Source: an uncultured delta proteobacterium
Lineage (GTDB): Bacteria; Desulfobacterota; Binatia; Binatales; Binataceae
Assembly (NCBI GenBank): GCA_963724765.1
Contig: CAVRVY010000001.1
Coordinates: 256,001 to 320,000, forward strand
DNA: 64,000 nucleotides
Direction of reading: 5' to 3'
This document shows positions 1-9,447 of the stretch, piece after piece. The notes under the pieces are model-generated. The model ran no database searches. It saw only the letters and a program-made list of their open reading frames with translations, and was not told the origin of the DNA. The translations under genes and the position numbers were made by a program. Positions within the stretch are counted from its first letter, which is position 1; each line of letters begins with the position of its first letter.

Positions 1-274
1 CGTGATTGCAACCATCGGCCTGCTTCTCATAATAGCCGGGCAGATTCCGTTCCTGGTGAACTTTTTCGTTAGCATGTTCCGCGGCAAACGGGCTGAAGCG
101 AATCCGTGGCATGCCAACACGCTTGAATGGGCTACGGACTCCCCGCCACCGCATGAGAATTTCCATACCATTCCGACGGTCACGCGCGGACCATATGACT
201 ATAGCGTGCCCGGGATGGAACAGGATTGGGCTCCGCAGAATGCAGAACCGGTGACCATCGCCGCGCGGAATTGA
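1..274 (+). CDS. ctaD: Cytochrome c oxidase subunit I, C-terminal part (truncated by window edge)
   Basis: C-terminal signature NPWHANTLEWATDSPPPHENF...P.V...PYDY; followed by subunit III/IV genes. Confidence 0.9.
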   Translation, partial: VIATIGLLLIIAGQIPFLVNFFVSMFRGKRAEANPWHANTLEWATDSPPPHENFHTIPTVTRGPYDYSVPGMEQDWAPQNAEPVTIAARN

Positions 275-335
275 GGCGGCGTGCGATACTTTTACGCAAA
301 GCCCGTGTGACAACAGCCAGGTAGACATAACGATC

Positions 336-950
336 ATGGCAAACTCAGCCGTCGAAATCGTTCATCCTCTGCACGTGGACCAAAGCACTTTCGAGATCGG
401 CAAGCTTGGAATGTGGGTCTTCCTTGCCGGGGAAACGATGCTCTTCGGCGGGCTTATGGGTTGCTATACCTTGTTGATGATCGGCCGGGGAGGCTGGGGA
501 GCGGCCGGTGCGAATGTCGCTTGGCGCCTGGGAGGCATCAACACTCTGGTTCTGTTCACCAGCAGTCTGATTGCTGCGCTCGCGCAAGGTGCCGCGCGAG
601 ATCGGGATTCAGCCGGTGTGAAGCGTTATCTGGGCGCCACCGCGGCCCTCGGTGTGCTCTTTTTGATAATCAAGGCCTTCGAGTACGCCAGCGATTTTCG
701 CGAGGGTTTCACGCCGGTCGCGGGTCTTTTCTGGAGCTTCTACTACCTGATGACCGGGCTGCACGTGCTCCATCTGCTGGCTGGCGTCGTGGTTATCGTC
801 GGGCTGCTTCTGTGGATTAGCCCGCGCACTCCCAGCGCCTTGGTAGAGCGCAAGCTCAAATATGTGTGCCTCTATTGGTATTTCGTCGAGACGGTCTGGG
901 TTTTCCTGTTTGCGCTCGTCTATTTGACCCCCAGCCTTGGAGTAGGATGA
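336..950 (+). CDS. Cytochrome c oxidase subunit III family protein
   Basis: KLGMWVFLAGETMLFGGL, NTLVLFTSS, FYYLMTGLHVLH, LYWYFVETVW motifs. Confidence 0.9.
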   Translation: MANSAVEIVHPLHVDQSTFEIGKLGMWVFLAGETMLFGGLMGCYTLLMIGRGGWGAAGANVAWRLGGINTLVLFTSSLIAALAQGAARDRDSAGVKRYLGATAALGVLFLIIKAFEYASDFREGFTPVAGLFWSFYYLMTGLHVLHLLAGVVVIVGLLLWISPRTPSALVERKLKYVCLYWYFVETVWVFLFALVYLTPSLGVG

Positions 951-1246
951 GCACTTCGATGGAACAAACCAAACAAACCGATTTCGCGGCCGCAGACCCC
1001 CTGAAGACCTGGGGATTGCTAGTCGTTCTGTTGCTGGTTGGCGCCTTGGCAGTGGCGCTGGGCCTGCCTCGAGGCCTGGCGCTGTGGGTCATCTTTGCCG
1101 CCGCGATCGCAGAGGCCTATGTTATCGGCCGTTACTATATGCGCCTGAGATCCGAAGACGTGCTGATATACATCCTGGCATTGCTGCCGGTGGCGCTGGT
1201 CATCGTTCTCGCATTCGTGCTTGTTCCGGACATCGTGAGGCCTTAA
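947..1246 (+). CDS. Cytochrome c oxidase subunit IV family small membrane protein
   Basis: ATGA overlap with the upstream stop; three hydrophobic helices with YYMRLR motif. Confidence 0.75.
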   Translation: MSTSMEQTKQTDFAAADPLKTWGLLVVLLLVGALAVALGLPRGLALWVIFAAAIAEAYVIGRYYMRLRSEDVLIYILALLPVALVIVLAFVLVPDIVRP

Positions 1247-1263
1247 GCGGGAGGGTTGACACT

Positions 1264-1902
1264 TTGGCTGCGGCAATTCCGCTTCGTTCAGTCCAGAGTC
1301 CAAAACGCCGTGCCGCCTTTGGCGGTGGCAGCGGTTCTGGTCCCATTGGGTCGCCAAGGAAAGCCGATCCGACGCTGGGCGTGCTGATCTTCATTGGCTC
1401 CGAGGTGATGCTGTTCGCTGGATTGATCAGCGCATTGCTGGTCTCACGCGCGTCGGCGGCATTTTGGCCGCCCTTAAACCAGCCCCGGCTCCCAGTCGCG
1501 ATGACGGGACTCAACACCGGCCTTCTTGTCCTGAGCGGGTTTACGATGTGGAGAGTGGTGCGGCTGCTGCGTCAGCATGACAGCAGGCGGGCGGCGCGCT
1601 GGATGACCGTGACATTCTTGCTCGGCGCCATGTTCCTCGCGATTCAGGGCAGTGAGTGGGCGCGGCTCATTCACTTCGGGCTGACGATGACCTCGAGTGT
1701 GTATGGAGGGATGTTCTATCTGATCGTGGGCGCCCATGCGCTTCATCTCGTTGCGGCGCTGGCTGTGCTGTCCTTCGTGACGGCGCGGGTCTGGCGCGGG
1801 CGCTACGAGTCGGATCTCCGCGGCATTGTGGCGTGTTCGGTCTATTGGTCGTTCGTGGTGGTTCTCTGGCCGATACTTTATGCGCTGGTTTACTTCGGTT
1901 AG
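1264..1902 (+). CDS. Second cytochrome c oxidase subunit III family protein
   Basis: LGVLIFIGSEVMLFAGL, LNTGLLVLSG, FYLIVGAHALH, YWSFVVVLW; TTG start inferred after GGGAGG. Confidence 0.85.
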   Translation: MAAAIPLRSVQSPKRRAAFGGGSGSGPIGSPRKADPTLGVLIFIGSEVMLFAGLISALLVSRASAAFWPPLNQPRLPVAMTGLNTGLLVLSGFTMWRVVRLLRQHDSRRAARWMTVTFLLGAMFLAIQGSEWARLIHFGLTMTSSVYGGMFYLIVGAHALHLVAALAVLSFVTARVWRGRYESDLRGIVACSVYWSFVVVLWPILYALVYFG

Positions 1903-2209
1903 CGTCGGCGTCTCCGCGACTGCCGCCAGCCTGTTCTGGGCGCCCGGGGCCTACGCATGCCCGCTGTGTTTCGCGTCCTCGGGACCCGGCGTTTTGCGCG
2001 CCTATCTTGTGAGCGCGTTTTTCATGATAGGCCTCGCCTGGGCGGTGATCGGGGGGATATGGCTATATGCCGCCCGTACGTACTCAGAAGCCGCCGAACC
2101 AGGAGATGCAATCACACGCGTTGAAGCTCCTTGGATTCAGAGTGCCGCTGTCGATAACTGCGAGACGGAACAACTTAAGCCTGGTGTGATTCGGAGGAGG
2201 ACGAGATGA
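1880..2209 (+). CDS. Small exported/membrane protein with CPxC motif (oxidase-cluster associated)
   Basis: Signal-like N-terminus ending AYA-CPLCF, then one TM helix; coupled to its neighbours. Confidence 0.6.
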   Translation: MRWFTSVSVGVSATAASLFWAPGAYACPLCFASSGPGVLRAYLVSAFFMIGLAWAVIGGIWLYAARTYSEAAEPGDAITRVEAPWIQSAAVDNCETEQLKPGVIRRRTR

Positions 2210-2595
2210 CGAAGCTGCATTTACTTGGCGCGGGTTTGCTCGTGGCTGGGGCATTTATGGTGGCCGCCGTGAGACCGGCGTCCGCGGAGACCGTAACGGT
2301 CCAGATGTTCGACACGCCGGCAAAATTCGTTCCGGACCCCGTAAAGGTTAAGGTCGGCGATACCATAAAATGGGTGAACAAGGGCGAGACAGTTCACACC
2401 GCTACTACGGACCCGTCCACGGCGCCCGACCCAAGCTGGGCGTCGGTGCCGAAGGGGGCGGAGACGTTCGACTCGGGTTATCTGAACGCGGGGGAGGATT
2501 GGAGCTACACGTTTAAGGTTCCCGGGGTTTATCACTACTTCTGCACGACGCACGTAAAGGAAGGGATGAAAGGCGAAATCGACGTCGGGCAATAG
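2206..2595 (+). CDS. Plastocyanin/azurin-family blue copper protein
   Basis: Signal peptide; VKVGDTIKWVN, VHTAT and YFCTTHVKEGMKG type 1 copper ligands (H, C, H, M). Confidence 0.9.
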   Translation: MTKLHLLGAGLLVAGAFMVAAVRPASAETVTVQMFDTPAKFVPDPVKVKVGDTIKWVNKGETVHTATTDPSTAPDPSWASVPKGAETFDSGYLNAGEDWSYTFKVPGVYHYFCTTHVKEGMKGEIDVGQ

Positions 2596-2684
2596 CCCGC
2601 ATTCACCGGTTGTTTCGCTTCAAAGCGCGAGCTCCGGCTACGCGCGGTCTCGGCAGCCTGCAAGGTTTTCAGGGGGAGAGGCGA

Positions 2685-4283
2685 ATGAAGCGTCTAAATC
2701 ATCTTCTGGTCGCGGGCCTCGTGCTCTCGATCGCGCTGACGATGATCCCGCTGCGAAGCGGACGCGCGGATGAGTCATCGATCTCGAAGTCAACTTCCCC
2801 TTCTGATGATTCGGCGCCAAGCTCAGCGGCCGATCCAGCCAAGAGAAAGGCAGGCACGTACGAGCGGTTGCTTCGCGAGATCGATACGGAGCGCAGGCAT
2901 GAGGAGGAGGAAGAGCGCAAGCATGAGGAGGACGAGGCAGCGGAGCGCAAGCGTATTGAGGAACTGGAAAGGGAAGTCAGGGCGCTTCAGGAAAGCAAGC
3001 AGCAGCTCGCAACCCAAACGAACGAAAACCAGACGCAACTCGCTACCGTCCAGAAAACCATAAATTCCCAGCTCGGGCCCCTCGGTTTTGGCGATCGCAT
3101 AAACGCTTTTCTCGGCCAGCATAACTTCACGATGGTCGGAGACGCTTCCGTTGGGTACTACTACTCTCGTCAAGCGGGAACCAACGATCCGGTACTGGAG
3201 TTTCAAGTCAATCCGATGCTTAAAGTCGCCGATTGGCTTCAGTTTTACAGCGCTTTCGGCGCGGTAGCCGGCCCGGGCGGAATTTCCGACATGGGTCCAA
3301 CGCTTGCTAACATGCAGATCTTTCCGTTCGGGCACGAGTTTCCTCTGGAGCTGGTCGCCGGACTATTCGACATGCCCTTCGGCGACTTTTACGAGAACCA
3401 GGGCCCGCCTTGGGTTAATCCGTTCGTAACCGCGCCGCTGCTTTACGGCGCGGAAGCGATCGAGCCACCCGCCTCGCTGGGGTTGCAGGCTCGCAGTGGG
3501 ATCCAGTGGGGCGCTCTGGGCCAGGACGTTGACGCCACTGTGTGGGTGGACTCAGGCCCGAGTTTCGAATCGACGGCGGGTGTCATCGGCACGCCGGTAA
3601 TCGGTGAAATCCTGAACCCGCTTACCGGAACTAACATCGCCACCAACGGCAAGGGTTTCGGCGGTCGCTTCAGGCTGTTCCCAATACCGATCGATGCGAA
3701 TCTTGGACGCTTGGAGCTGGAGGCATCGACCTACAATGGCAAGTGGCTGGACGGGCTCTGGTACAATTCTTGGGGAGTGGGATATGCCTATCGCGTCGGA
3801 CCGTTCCGCACTCGAGGCGAGTGGGCGCAGACCTACCGCCAAATGCCCAGTCTTACGGGAGCGGCTGCGTATCCCGGTTGCTGCGGGCATGAGAACCGGG
3901 AAGGCTGGTATACAATGTTGGGTTACTTCCTATACGGAATTCCACATCCGTACCTCGGCGACTGGCTCGAGCCGAGATTCGACAAGACTGAATTCCTGGT
4001 GCGCTACTCCGGCGTGAACCAGCCCGCCGTCCTCACTAACGACATCGCGACTGAGCCAGTCCAGGGCTTCAGCGGATCGCCGTCGATCTACAGCCCGCAT
4101 GCACGCGAAGTAGCGCTGGCACTCGACTACTGGTTTCAGCCCAATATTGTCTGGCAGAACGAGGTTGACTTTGAACTGCCGCGAGCCGGTGGGACATTCT
4201 ACACCCTTGGTGCGCCGGCGAGCCCGGTGGGTGCCACCCCGAACGATGTCACGCTACTGACTCAATTGACAATTGGTTTCTGA
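2685..4283 (+). CDS. Putative outer-membrane beta-barrel (porin-like) protein with N-terminal coiled coil
   Basis: Signal peptide, E/R-rich coiled coil, aromatic-rich amphipathic strands, C-terminal Phe (QLTIGF). Confidence 0.7.
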   Translation: MKRLNHLLVAGLVLSIALTMIPLRSGRADESSISKSTSPSDDSAPSSAADPAKRKAGTYERLLREIDTERRHEEEEERKHEEDEAAERKRIEELEREVRALQESKQQLATQTNENQTQLATVQKTINSQLGPLGFGDRINAFLGQHNFTMVGDASVGYYYSRQAGTNDPVLEFQVNPMLKVADWLQFYSAFGAVAGPGGISDMGPTLANMQIFPFGHEFPLELVAGLFDMPFGDFYENQGPPWVNPFVTAPLLYGAEAIEPPASLGLQARSGIQWGALGQDVDATVWVDSGPSFESTAGVIGTPVIGEILNPLTGTNIATNGKGFGGRFRLFPIPIDANLGRLELEASTYNGKWLDGLWYNSWGVGYAYRVGPFRTRGEWAQTYRQMPSLTGAAAYPGCCGHENREGWYTMLGYFLYGIPHPYLGDWLEPRFDKTEFLVRYSGVNQPAVLTNDIATEPVQGFSGSPSIYSPHAREVALALDYWFQPNIVWQNEVDFELPRAGGTFYTLGAPASPVGATPNDVTLLTQLTIGF

Positions 4284-4304
4284 GCCAGGAAAAGGCCGAC
4301 GCCA

Positions 4305-4670
4305 ATGAAATTACCGATCGCTAAAGCCGCAATGATTTCGATGCTGCTGTTGGCCGGGGCCGTCGGCGCGCGCGCGGCGGATTCAGGGGCGCCCGCTGCA
4401 GCGAGCAACAACGCGCAGAAACCGGCTGATCCCCCGAAAGCGGCGAACCAGTATGGCGCCACAGATGAACAACAGCGGCAGCATCTTGAGCTATTTCGCG
4501 AAGGGCAGGCGTTGTGGCCGATCTATTGTAATCACTGTCACAATGCCCGAAATCCGGCCGAGTTTGCTCCGTATCAGTGGGATCAGATCATGATGCATAT
4601 GCGCACGATGGAGAACCTGCCGCCTCATGATCAAGATGCCATCCTGGAATATCTAAAGACGGCACGTTGA
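4305..4670 (+). CDS. Periplasmic monoheme cytochrome c
   Basis: Signal peptide; CNHCH heme-binding motif; downstream HM (WDQIMMHM). Confidence 0.85.
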   Translation: MKLPIAKAAMISMLLLAGAVGARAADSGAPAAASNNAQKPADPPKAANQYGATDEQQRQHLELFREGQALWPIYCNHCHNARNPAEFAPYQWDQIMMHMRTMENLPPHDQDAILEYLKTAR

Positions 4671-4739
4671 GGAGAGTTCCAAAACCCTCCAGCGTCGGAA
4701 CGATTGGCATCGCTCACTCGAGGGAGCGGCGAAACTGGG

Positions 4740-5669
4740 ATGTTTTCCCAGCGCGTCAACATGAAAGCCACGGCGATAGAAGAGGTAGCTCTGCGTGCCG
4801 CGCCATCGGTGGGCGAATACGCAACCGCCTATTTCGAATTGGCAAAGCCGCGCGTGCTCACGATGGTGCTTATCACCACGCTTGCGGGCTTCTACATGGG
4901 AAGCGGCGAGCAATTCGGGTTCGCGCAGGCGCTGAAGCTTGGCATTGGTACCGCATTGGCGGCCGGCGGAACGCTGGCGCTGAACGAATATACCGAGCGC
5001 GGCACGGACGCCCGGATGGAGCGGACGCGCCATCGGCCGCTGCCCTCGGGCCGCCTACGGCCGATCGAAGCGCTGATTTTCGGTGTCGTTACCGCCGTCG
5101 CCGGAATTTTCTATCTCTGGGTGGAAGTTAACCCGCTGAGCGCAATAGTTACCGGCGCGATAGCCGCGCTTTATCTGGGTGCATACACCCCGATGAAACG
5201 AATCACCTGGCTCTGCCACCTGATCGGCGCGGTTCCCGGCGCGCTGCCACCTGTGATCGGCTGGGCGGCGGCGCGCAACGGCCTGGGCGGCGAGCCGCTG
5301 GTGCTTTTCGCCATCATGTTCCTGTGGCAGGTGCCGCATTCGCTCTCGATCGCGCGGCTTTATCAGCGCGACTACGCGCGCGCCGGTATCCGCATGTTGC
5401 CGCAGCCCGGTCGCTACGGCGATCCCGCAAATTCACTGATGATCGCGGCCGCCGCGGCGCTGCTCGTGGTGGGGATGCTGCCCGCGCTGATGAGGTTCGC
5501 GGGACTTTTATATCTGCCGGTCGCCATTGTGCTTGGGGTGGTGATGCTATTTCAATGCGTAGGGCTTGTGGCGGGCGGCGCCACGGTTGGCGCGGCGCAG
5601 CGGGTCATGAAGCTCTCGCTCTTGTACCTCCCGGCCGTGCTGTTGGTGATGGTTCTCGACAAGCTCTGA
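4740..5669 (+). CDS. cyoE: Protoheme IX farnesyltransferase (heme o synthase)
   Basis: ELAKPRV, DARMERTRHRPLPSGR, GAVPGALPPVIGWAA, FLWQVPH motifs. Confidence 0.95.
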   Translation: MFSQRVNMKATAIEEVALRAAPSVGEYATAYFELAKPRVLTMVLITTLAGFYMGSGEQFGFAQALKLGIGTALAAGGTLALNEYTERGTDARMERTRHRPLPSGRLRPIEALIFGVVTAVAGIFYLWVEVNPLSAIVTGAIAALYLGAYTPMKRITWLCHLIGAVPGALPPVIGWAAARNGLGGEPLVLFAIMFLWQVPHSLSIARLYQRDYARAGIRMLPQPGRYGDPANSLMIAAAAALLVVGMLPALMRFAGLLYLPVAIVLGVVMLFQCVGLVAGGATVGAAQRVMKLSLLYLPAVLLVMVLDKL

Positions 5670-5709
5670 CCCGGATAAACGTTGAGCTACAGCTGCAAGC
5701 TGGTACAGA

Positions 5710-6493
5710 GTGAACCGCTTAGGGGTTCCCTATTCGAAGCCGTTTCGCCCGTATCTGCATTCTGTTTTGCCGGCAGCTGTGGCTACCGCTTGCGCTTTTT
5801 ATAGTCTTTAACGCCCTGTGCGCGCTGGTATATGGACAACTCGAGGGGCTGCGTTGGCAGGACGCCGTTTTCTGGATCGTTCACCCCTATTCAATAGACT
5901 ACCGCACGGTCCGAAACGCGACGAAGTTTTTCTCCTTGTTCGTATACTTCGGCGTCTTTGCTCTTCAGATCTGGATCGCCGAGCGGGTTCTGCTCACGAT
6001 CTTCAGCCAACAGGGTAGGGAGGCCTGGAAGTTCATGATCAACGAGGTCAGCATCGAAGGGCTCCGCGACCATTTCATCGTATGTGGCTATGGTCAGGTC
6101 GGCCGGACCGTCGTCGAGCAGCTCAATCGGCTGGAGATTCCCTTTGTGCTCATCGAGACAAACGAAGGGCTCTGCAAGGAGCTCCTGAAAGAAGGAACCT
6201 TTGTCATCCAGGGCGATGCCAAGCGGCATGATGTGTTAAAGATGGCGGGCATCGCCCGGGCTCGCGGTATCTGCATCGTGATAGATAACGACGCCGACAA
6301 CCTCTACATCACCGTGACGACAAGATCGCTCAATCCGAACGTAAAGATCATCACCCGGGCTGGCCAGCAGCGCTACGCCGAAGCGATACGGAACTCCGGC
6401 GCTGATGAAGTGATCATACCGGAATACGAAGGCGGTCTGATGGCAGGAAGAATGATCGAAAAGTACTATCCTGTTCGTCCGACGCTCGACTGA
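5710..6493 (+). pseudogene. Potassium channel / TrkA-N (RCK) domain protein with an apparent frameshift near 5770
   Basis: HFIVCGYGQVG and QGDA RCK motifs in ORF 5936-6493; the same frame is open upstream with TM segments but has no start codon; GTG at 5710 is in another frame. Confidence 0.7.
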
Positions 6494-6599
6494 CGCGTTC
6501 TTCTGATTTGTGAAACCGCAGTGGAACTTACTATGTGCATCGGGCCCGCACTGTGTTTCGGCGTTGACAGAATACTAATGGAGATTGGAGTGAACCCCC

Positions 6600-7421
6600 T
6601 TGATGTCTTCTGAAAGCAAAACGCGCGCGCGTTTCTATCGCGCGGCTATGGAGTTCTCCGAAGTCGCCGAGCGCAAGCGCAAGTGGACGCTCTTCGACGA
6701 CATACCGTGGGAGAAGATCGACACATCGCGCAACACTCCCAAACGCGCGACCTGCATCGAGACCTTCTGCGCTGAGGAACTATACCTCCCCGACTACGCA
6801 TCGCATGGATCGCACATGACGCGATCGGTGTTCGGCCTCGCATGGTTCCTAGCGCGGTGGAGTTTCGAGGAATCGCGTCACGGGCTCGTCTTCCGCGAAT
6901 ACCTGATCCGATCGGGGATGCGATCGGAACGTGAATTCGAGATGGTCGAGGACACGGTATCCGCGAAGTCGTGGGTGCCGCCTTTTTCGACAATCAGACA
7001 GATGGCCTGCTACGGCGCGCTCCAGGAAGGCGCCACCTACCTCGCCTACAAGGCGCAGAAAGACAAGGCCGAAGCTGAAGGCGACGATGTGCTAACCGCG
7101 ATCTTCTCGGTGATCGGCATCGATGAAGCCGCGCACGCCGGCTTCTATCGCAAGGTAATCGGAATCCAAATGGACGACGATCGCACCGCCACCATCGTTG
7201 ATTTCGCGCACGTGCTCGCCAACTTCAAAATGCCGGGAGACGGACTCATCGCGGGTTACCATGAGCGGCTGCAGACGGGCGGCGGCGGCGTCAGCCCGCG
7301 CCAGTTCATGGAGCACGTGGTGCTGCCGACGCTGCGCAGCCTGGGAATCAGCAGAAGCGAATTGAAGTCGGCGCAAGCGCAGGATCGAATGGCCACCGAA
7401 GCGGCGCTGCTCCTGAGCTGA
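6600..7421 (+). CDS. Acyl-ACP desaturase-like ferritin-fold diiron protein
   Basis: WSFEESRHG, LQEGAT and DEAAHAGFY diiron ExxH motifs; FKMPG. Confidence 0.85.
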   Translation: MMSSESKTRARFYRAAMEFSEVAERKRKWTLFDDIPWEKIDTSRNTPKRATCIETFCAEELYLPDYASHGSHMTRSVFGLAWFLARWSFEESRHGLVFREYLIRSGMRSEREFEMVEDTVSAKSWVPPFSTIRQMACYGALQEGATYLAYKAQKDKAEAEGDDVLTAIFSVIGIDEAAHAGFYRKVIGIQMDDDRTATIVDFAHVLANFKMPGDGLIAGYHERLQTGGGGVSPRQFMEHVVLPTLRSLGISRSELKSAQAQDRMATEAALLLS

Positions 7422-7643
7422 TGGGCGCTAACCGGGCGGGTACAACAATCTCAAGGGCGAAAGCCCTAAGAAACCGGCGTGACCTTGACTTGCGGGCGAT
7501 GGTTGAGCCGAAACACTCGGCGCGTGAAGGAGTCTTTCGGCCGAGGTTACCGGTGGACCAATGCGAAGAGCGTCGGCGACGCGGGAGTTGCAAATCGTGC
7601 GCGGATGCACCGTTAACCGCGTGCATGAGGGAGGAACTCAGTC

Positions 7644-8086
7644 ATGGCCGTCAGCGTAAAGAAAGCCATTCTGTGGCGCAGGGAGGTCGAAGACAACCAC
7701 CCCGGGATGCTCGCCAATACCCTCCAACCACTTTCCGAAGCAGGCGCCGACCTGCAAGTGGTCATGGCCTATCGCTACCCGGGCGACCAGAACAAGGCCG
7801 CTATCGAGCTGCATCCGGTTTCCGGTAAGAAGTCCGCAGCAGCGGCGCAAACAGCGGGGCTCGCCCCCTCCGTCCATCTCCACCCTGCTGGTCGAAGGCG
7901 ACAATCGGCCGGGGCGGGGCCACGCGATCGCCAAAGCGGTCGGCGATGCGGGGGATCAACATGAGCTTCGTGATGGCGTTGGTGGTGGGCCGAAGGTACT
8001 CGGTGCTGCTCGGCTTCGAGAACGAGGCTGACGCAAGCAAGGCCGCAACCCTAATCAAAAGAGCCATGGCGAGTGGCAGGAAGTAG
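7644..8086 (+). pseudogene. Tandem ACT-domain protein with a +1 frameshift near 7870
   Basis: EDNHPGMLANTLQPLSEAGADL; after the shift LLVEGDNRPGRGHAIAKAVGDAGINMSF, ending at TAG 8084-8086; RBS GAGGAGG. Confidence 0.75.
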
Positions 8087-8205
8087 TCCCGCGCGTTCGG
8101 GGGAGCGAGGGAGTTCAGTAGATTGTTGCGGCTGGCGCAAGTCCTGTGGGTCGTGATCACTCCGTCCGGCCATCATCAGCGTCTCGTAATACTGAGAGTT
8201 CGAAT

Positions 8206-8228
8206 CGGGAGTATATACTTAACGCAAT
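8206..8228 (+). repeat. Left terminal inverted repeat of the IS1595 element
   Basis: Matches the reverse complement of 14424-14446 at 22/23 nt. Confidence 0.92.
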
Positions 8229-8749
8229 TTCTCGGCCTGACCGTTTTCCCTGACGCCCGCTTCGGATCGATTGGATTCTCTGGGAAAGCGCATGTAAACC
8301 CCGTGCTGTGTTATAGACCCAATGAAAGGGGCTTGATGTTTGAACACAAATCGGAAGATATCCGACAGGCGAGCCTTCAGAATGTCGGCCATTAGAGTCT
8401 TGTTCATGTTGCCGGAAGAAAAGGAGAATTGCTGAATTGCGTGCTTTTTGATCTGGTCAAGTTCCAGGGGCGTGTAGCGTTGCGCTTTATCCTTGGTCAA
8501 TATAATCCAGCATCGTTCTCCGACGAAAGGTAACCAAATTTCGTCATCAACACCTTCTGGGAATTTATCGCGAGGGAAATGGGCGAGATGCCTTTCGTAG
8601 TGAAGGCCCGCAGAATCTAGGACGTCATGAATGGGTCGGCAATCGCTGAAATTTTCGTCTAGATAATAGACGCTCGCATCACGCTGCCGCTGCCGCGCAC
8701 TGAGCTTCCCATCTGACTGCTTCTTCGATCTCTTTTGGCGTCCGCCCAT
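8219..8749 (-). CDS. VapC45-like PIN-domain toxin
   Basis: YYLDENF, DDEIWLPFVGERCWIILTKD PIN acidic motifs; overlaps the 3' end of the DUF433 gene. Confidence 0.82.
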   Translation of the reverse strand: MGGRQKRSKKQSDGKLSARQRQRDASVYYLDENFSDCRPIHDVLDSAGLHYERHLAHFPRDKFPEGVDDEIWLPFVGERCWIILTKDKAQRYTPLELDQIKKHAIQQFSFSSGNMNKTLMADILKARLSDIFRFVFKHQAPFIGSITQHGVYMRFPRESNRSEAGVRENGQAEKLR

Positions 8750-9389
8750 ACTCCTCTGCTAGGTCTTGGATGGATTCCCGCGCATTAAAGCGGGCGGCTA
8801 CCACGGCAGTAGCTATACCAGTGCGGTCGATAACCGAACGACCAAAAGCAATCGTCGGAGCTATGGAAATAATTTTCGGCTCATCTGTATTGATGTTGTA
8901 CACAAAAGGAAAAAACTTGCCGCCGGTCGCAGTCCATTTAATTCTCTGTAGATAAGTGTCTAAAACTTCTTTCATGATGATTTGACCGCCGTGCGTAAGA
9001 TTGATGATTACCTCATTCGTAGTAGCAATAAATAGGTTCATGCCATCCGTGCTAAGAGACGGCTCTAAGAGGGGATGTGGGGATGGTTGGATTTTGGCTA
9101 GCATTTCTAATGACTTACGCACCGCTAAAATCTGCATTTCGTGTGTTGTTCGAAGAGATTGCAGCACGTGACACTCCAGCAAATTTAAAAAAGAGAGTGT
9201 CGGCGGCTCATAGGTCGGTAGTGTTATCAGGGCGGTCGCGGGCGCGGACTTTTTTCCGATAGCCCAATACCGCAAGGTTTGATAGGGAACGCGGGCATAC
9301 CGCGCTGCGACCGCGAGACTATACGCCGGTGCGTCCAAGATTGGATGCTCCCCGTCGAACGGGCGCTTGAAAATTGACCTTGCCTCCAC
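8679..9389 (-). CDS. DUF433-domain antitoxin (VapB45-like)
   Basis: N-terminal HTH (AARYARVPYQTLRYW), LSFLNLLE, C-terminal PTIAFGRSVIDRTGIAT...GRTPKEIEEAVRWE. Confidence 0.88.
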   Translation of the reverse strand: MEARSIFKRPFDGEHPILDAPAYSLAVAARYARVPYQTLRYWAIGKKSAPATALITLPTYEPPTLSFLNLLECHVLQSLRTTHEMQILAVRKSLEMLAKIQPSPHPLLEPSLSTDGMNLFIATTNEVIINLTHGGQIIMKEVLDTYLQRIKWTATGGKFFPFVYNINTDEPKIISIAPTIAFGRSVIDRTGIATAVVAARFNARESIQDLAEEYGRTPKEIEEAVRWEAQCAAAAA

Positions 9390-9408
9390 AGCCCTGATTG
9401 TATATCAT
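9380..9408 (+). promoter_or_regulatory. Putative sigma70 promoter for the tRNA-like gene
   Basis: TTGCCT (9380-9385), 17-bp spacer, TATCAT (9403-9408). Confidence 0.4.
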
Positions 9409-9447
9409 TCTTCCCCTTCATTCAGTCAACCAAACCTTTATCGTTTT

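Noticed and set aside
5760-7880. Both +1 frameshifts (TTG-CCGG near 5770; GCC-CCCT near 7870) fall at Pro codons, suggesting suppression by the nearby A37 tRNA-UGG
   Set aside because: Extra C in C runs is the commonest indel or sequencing error in GC-rich DNA; the lesion at 39540 is of the opposite sign; no supporting signal
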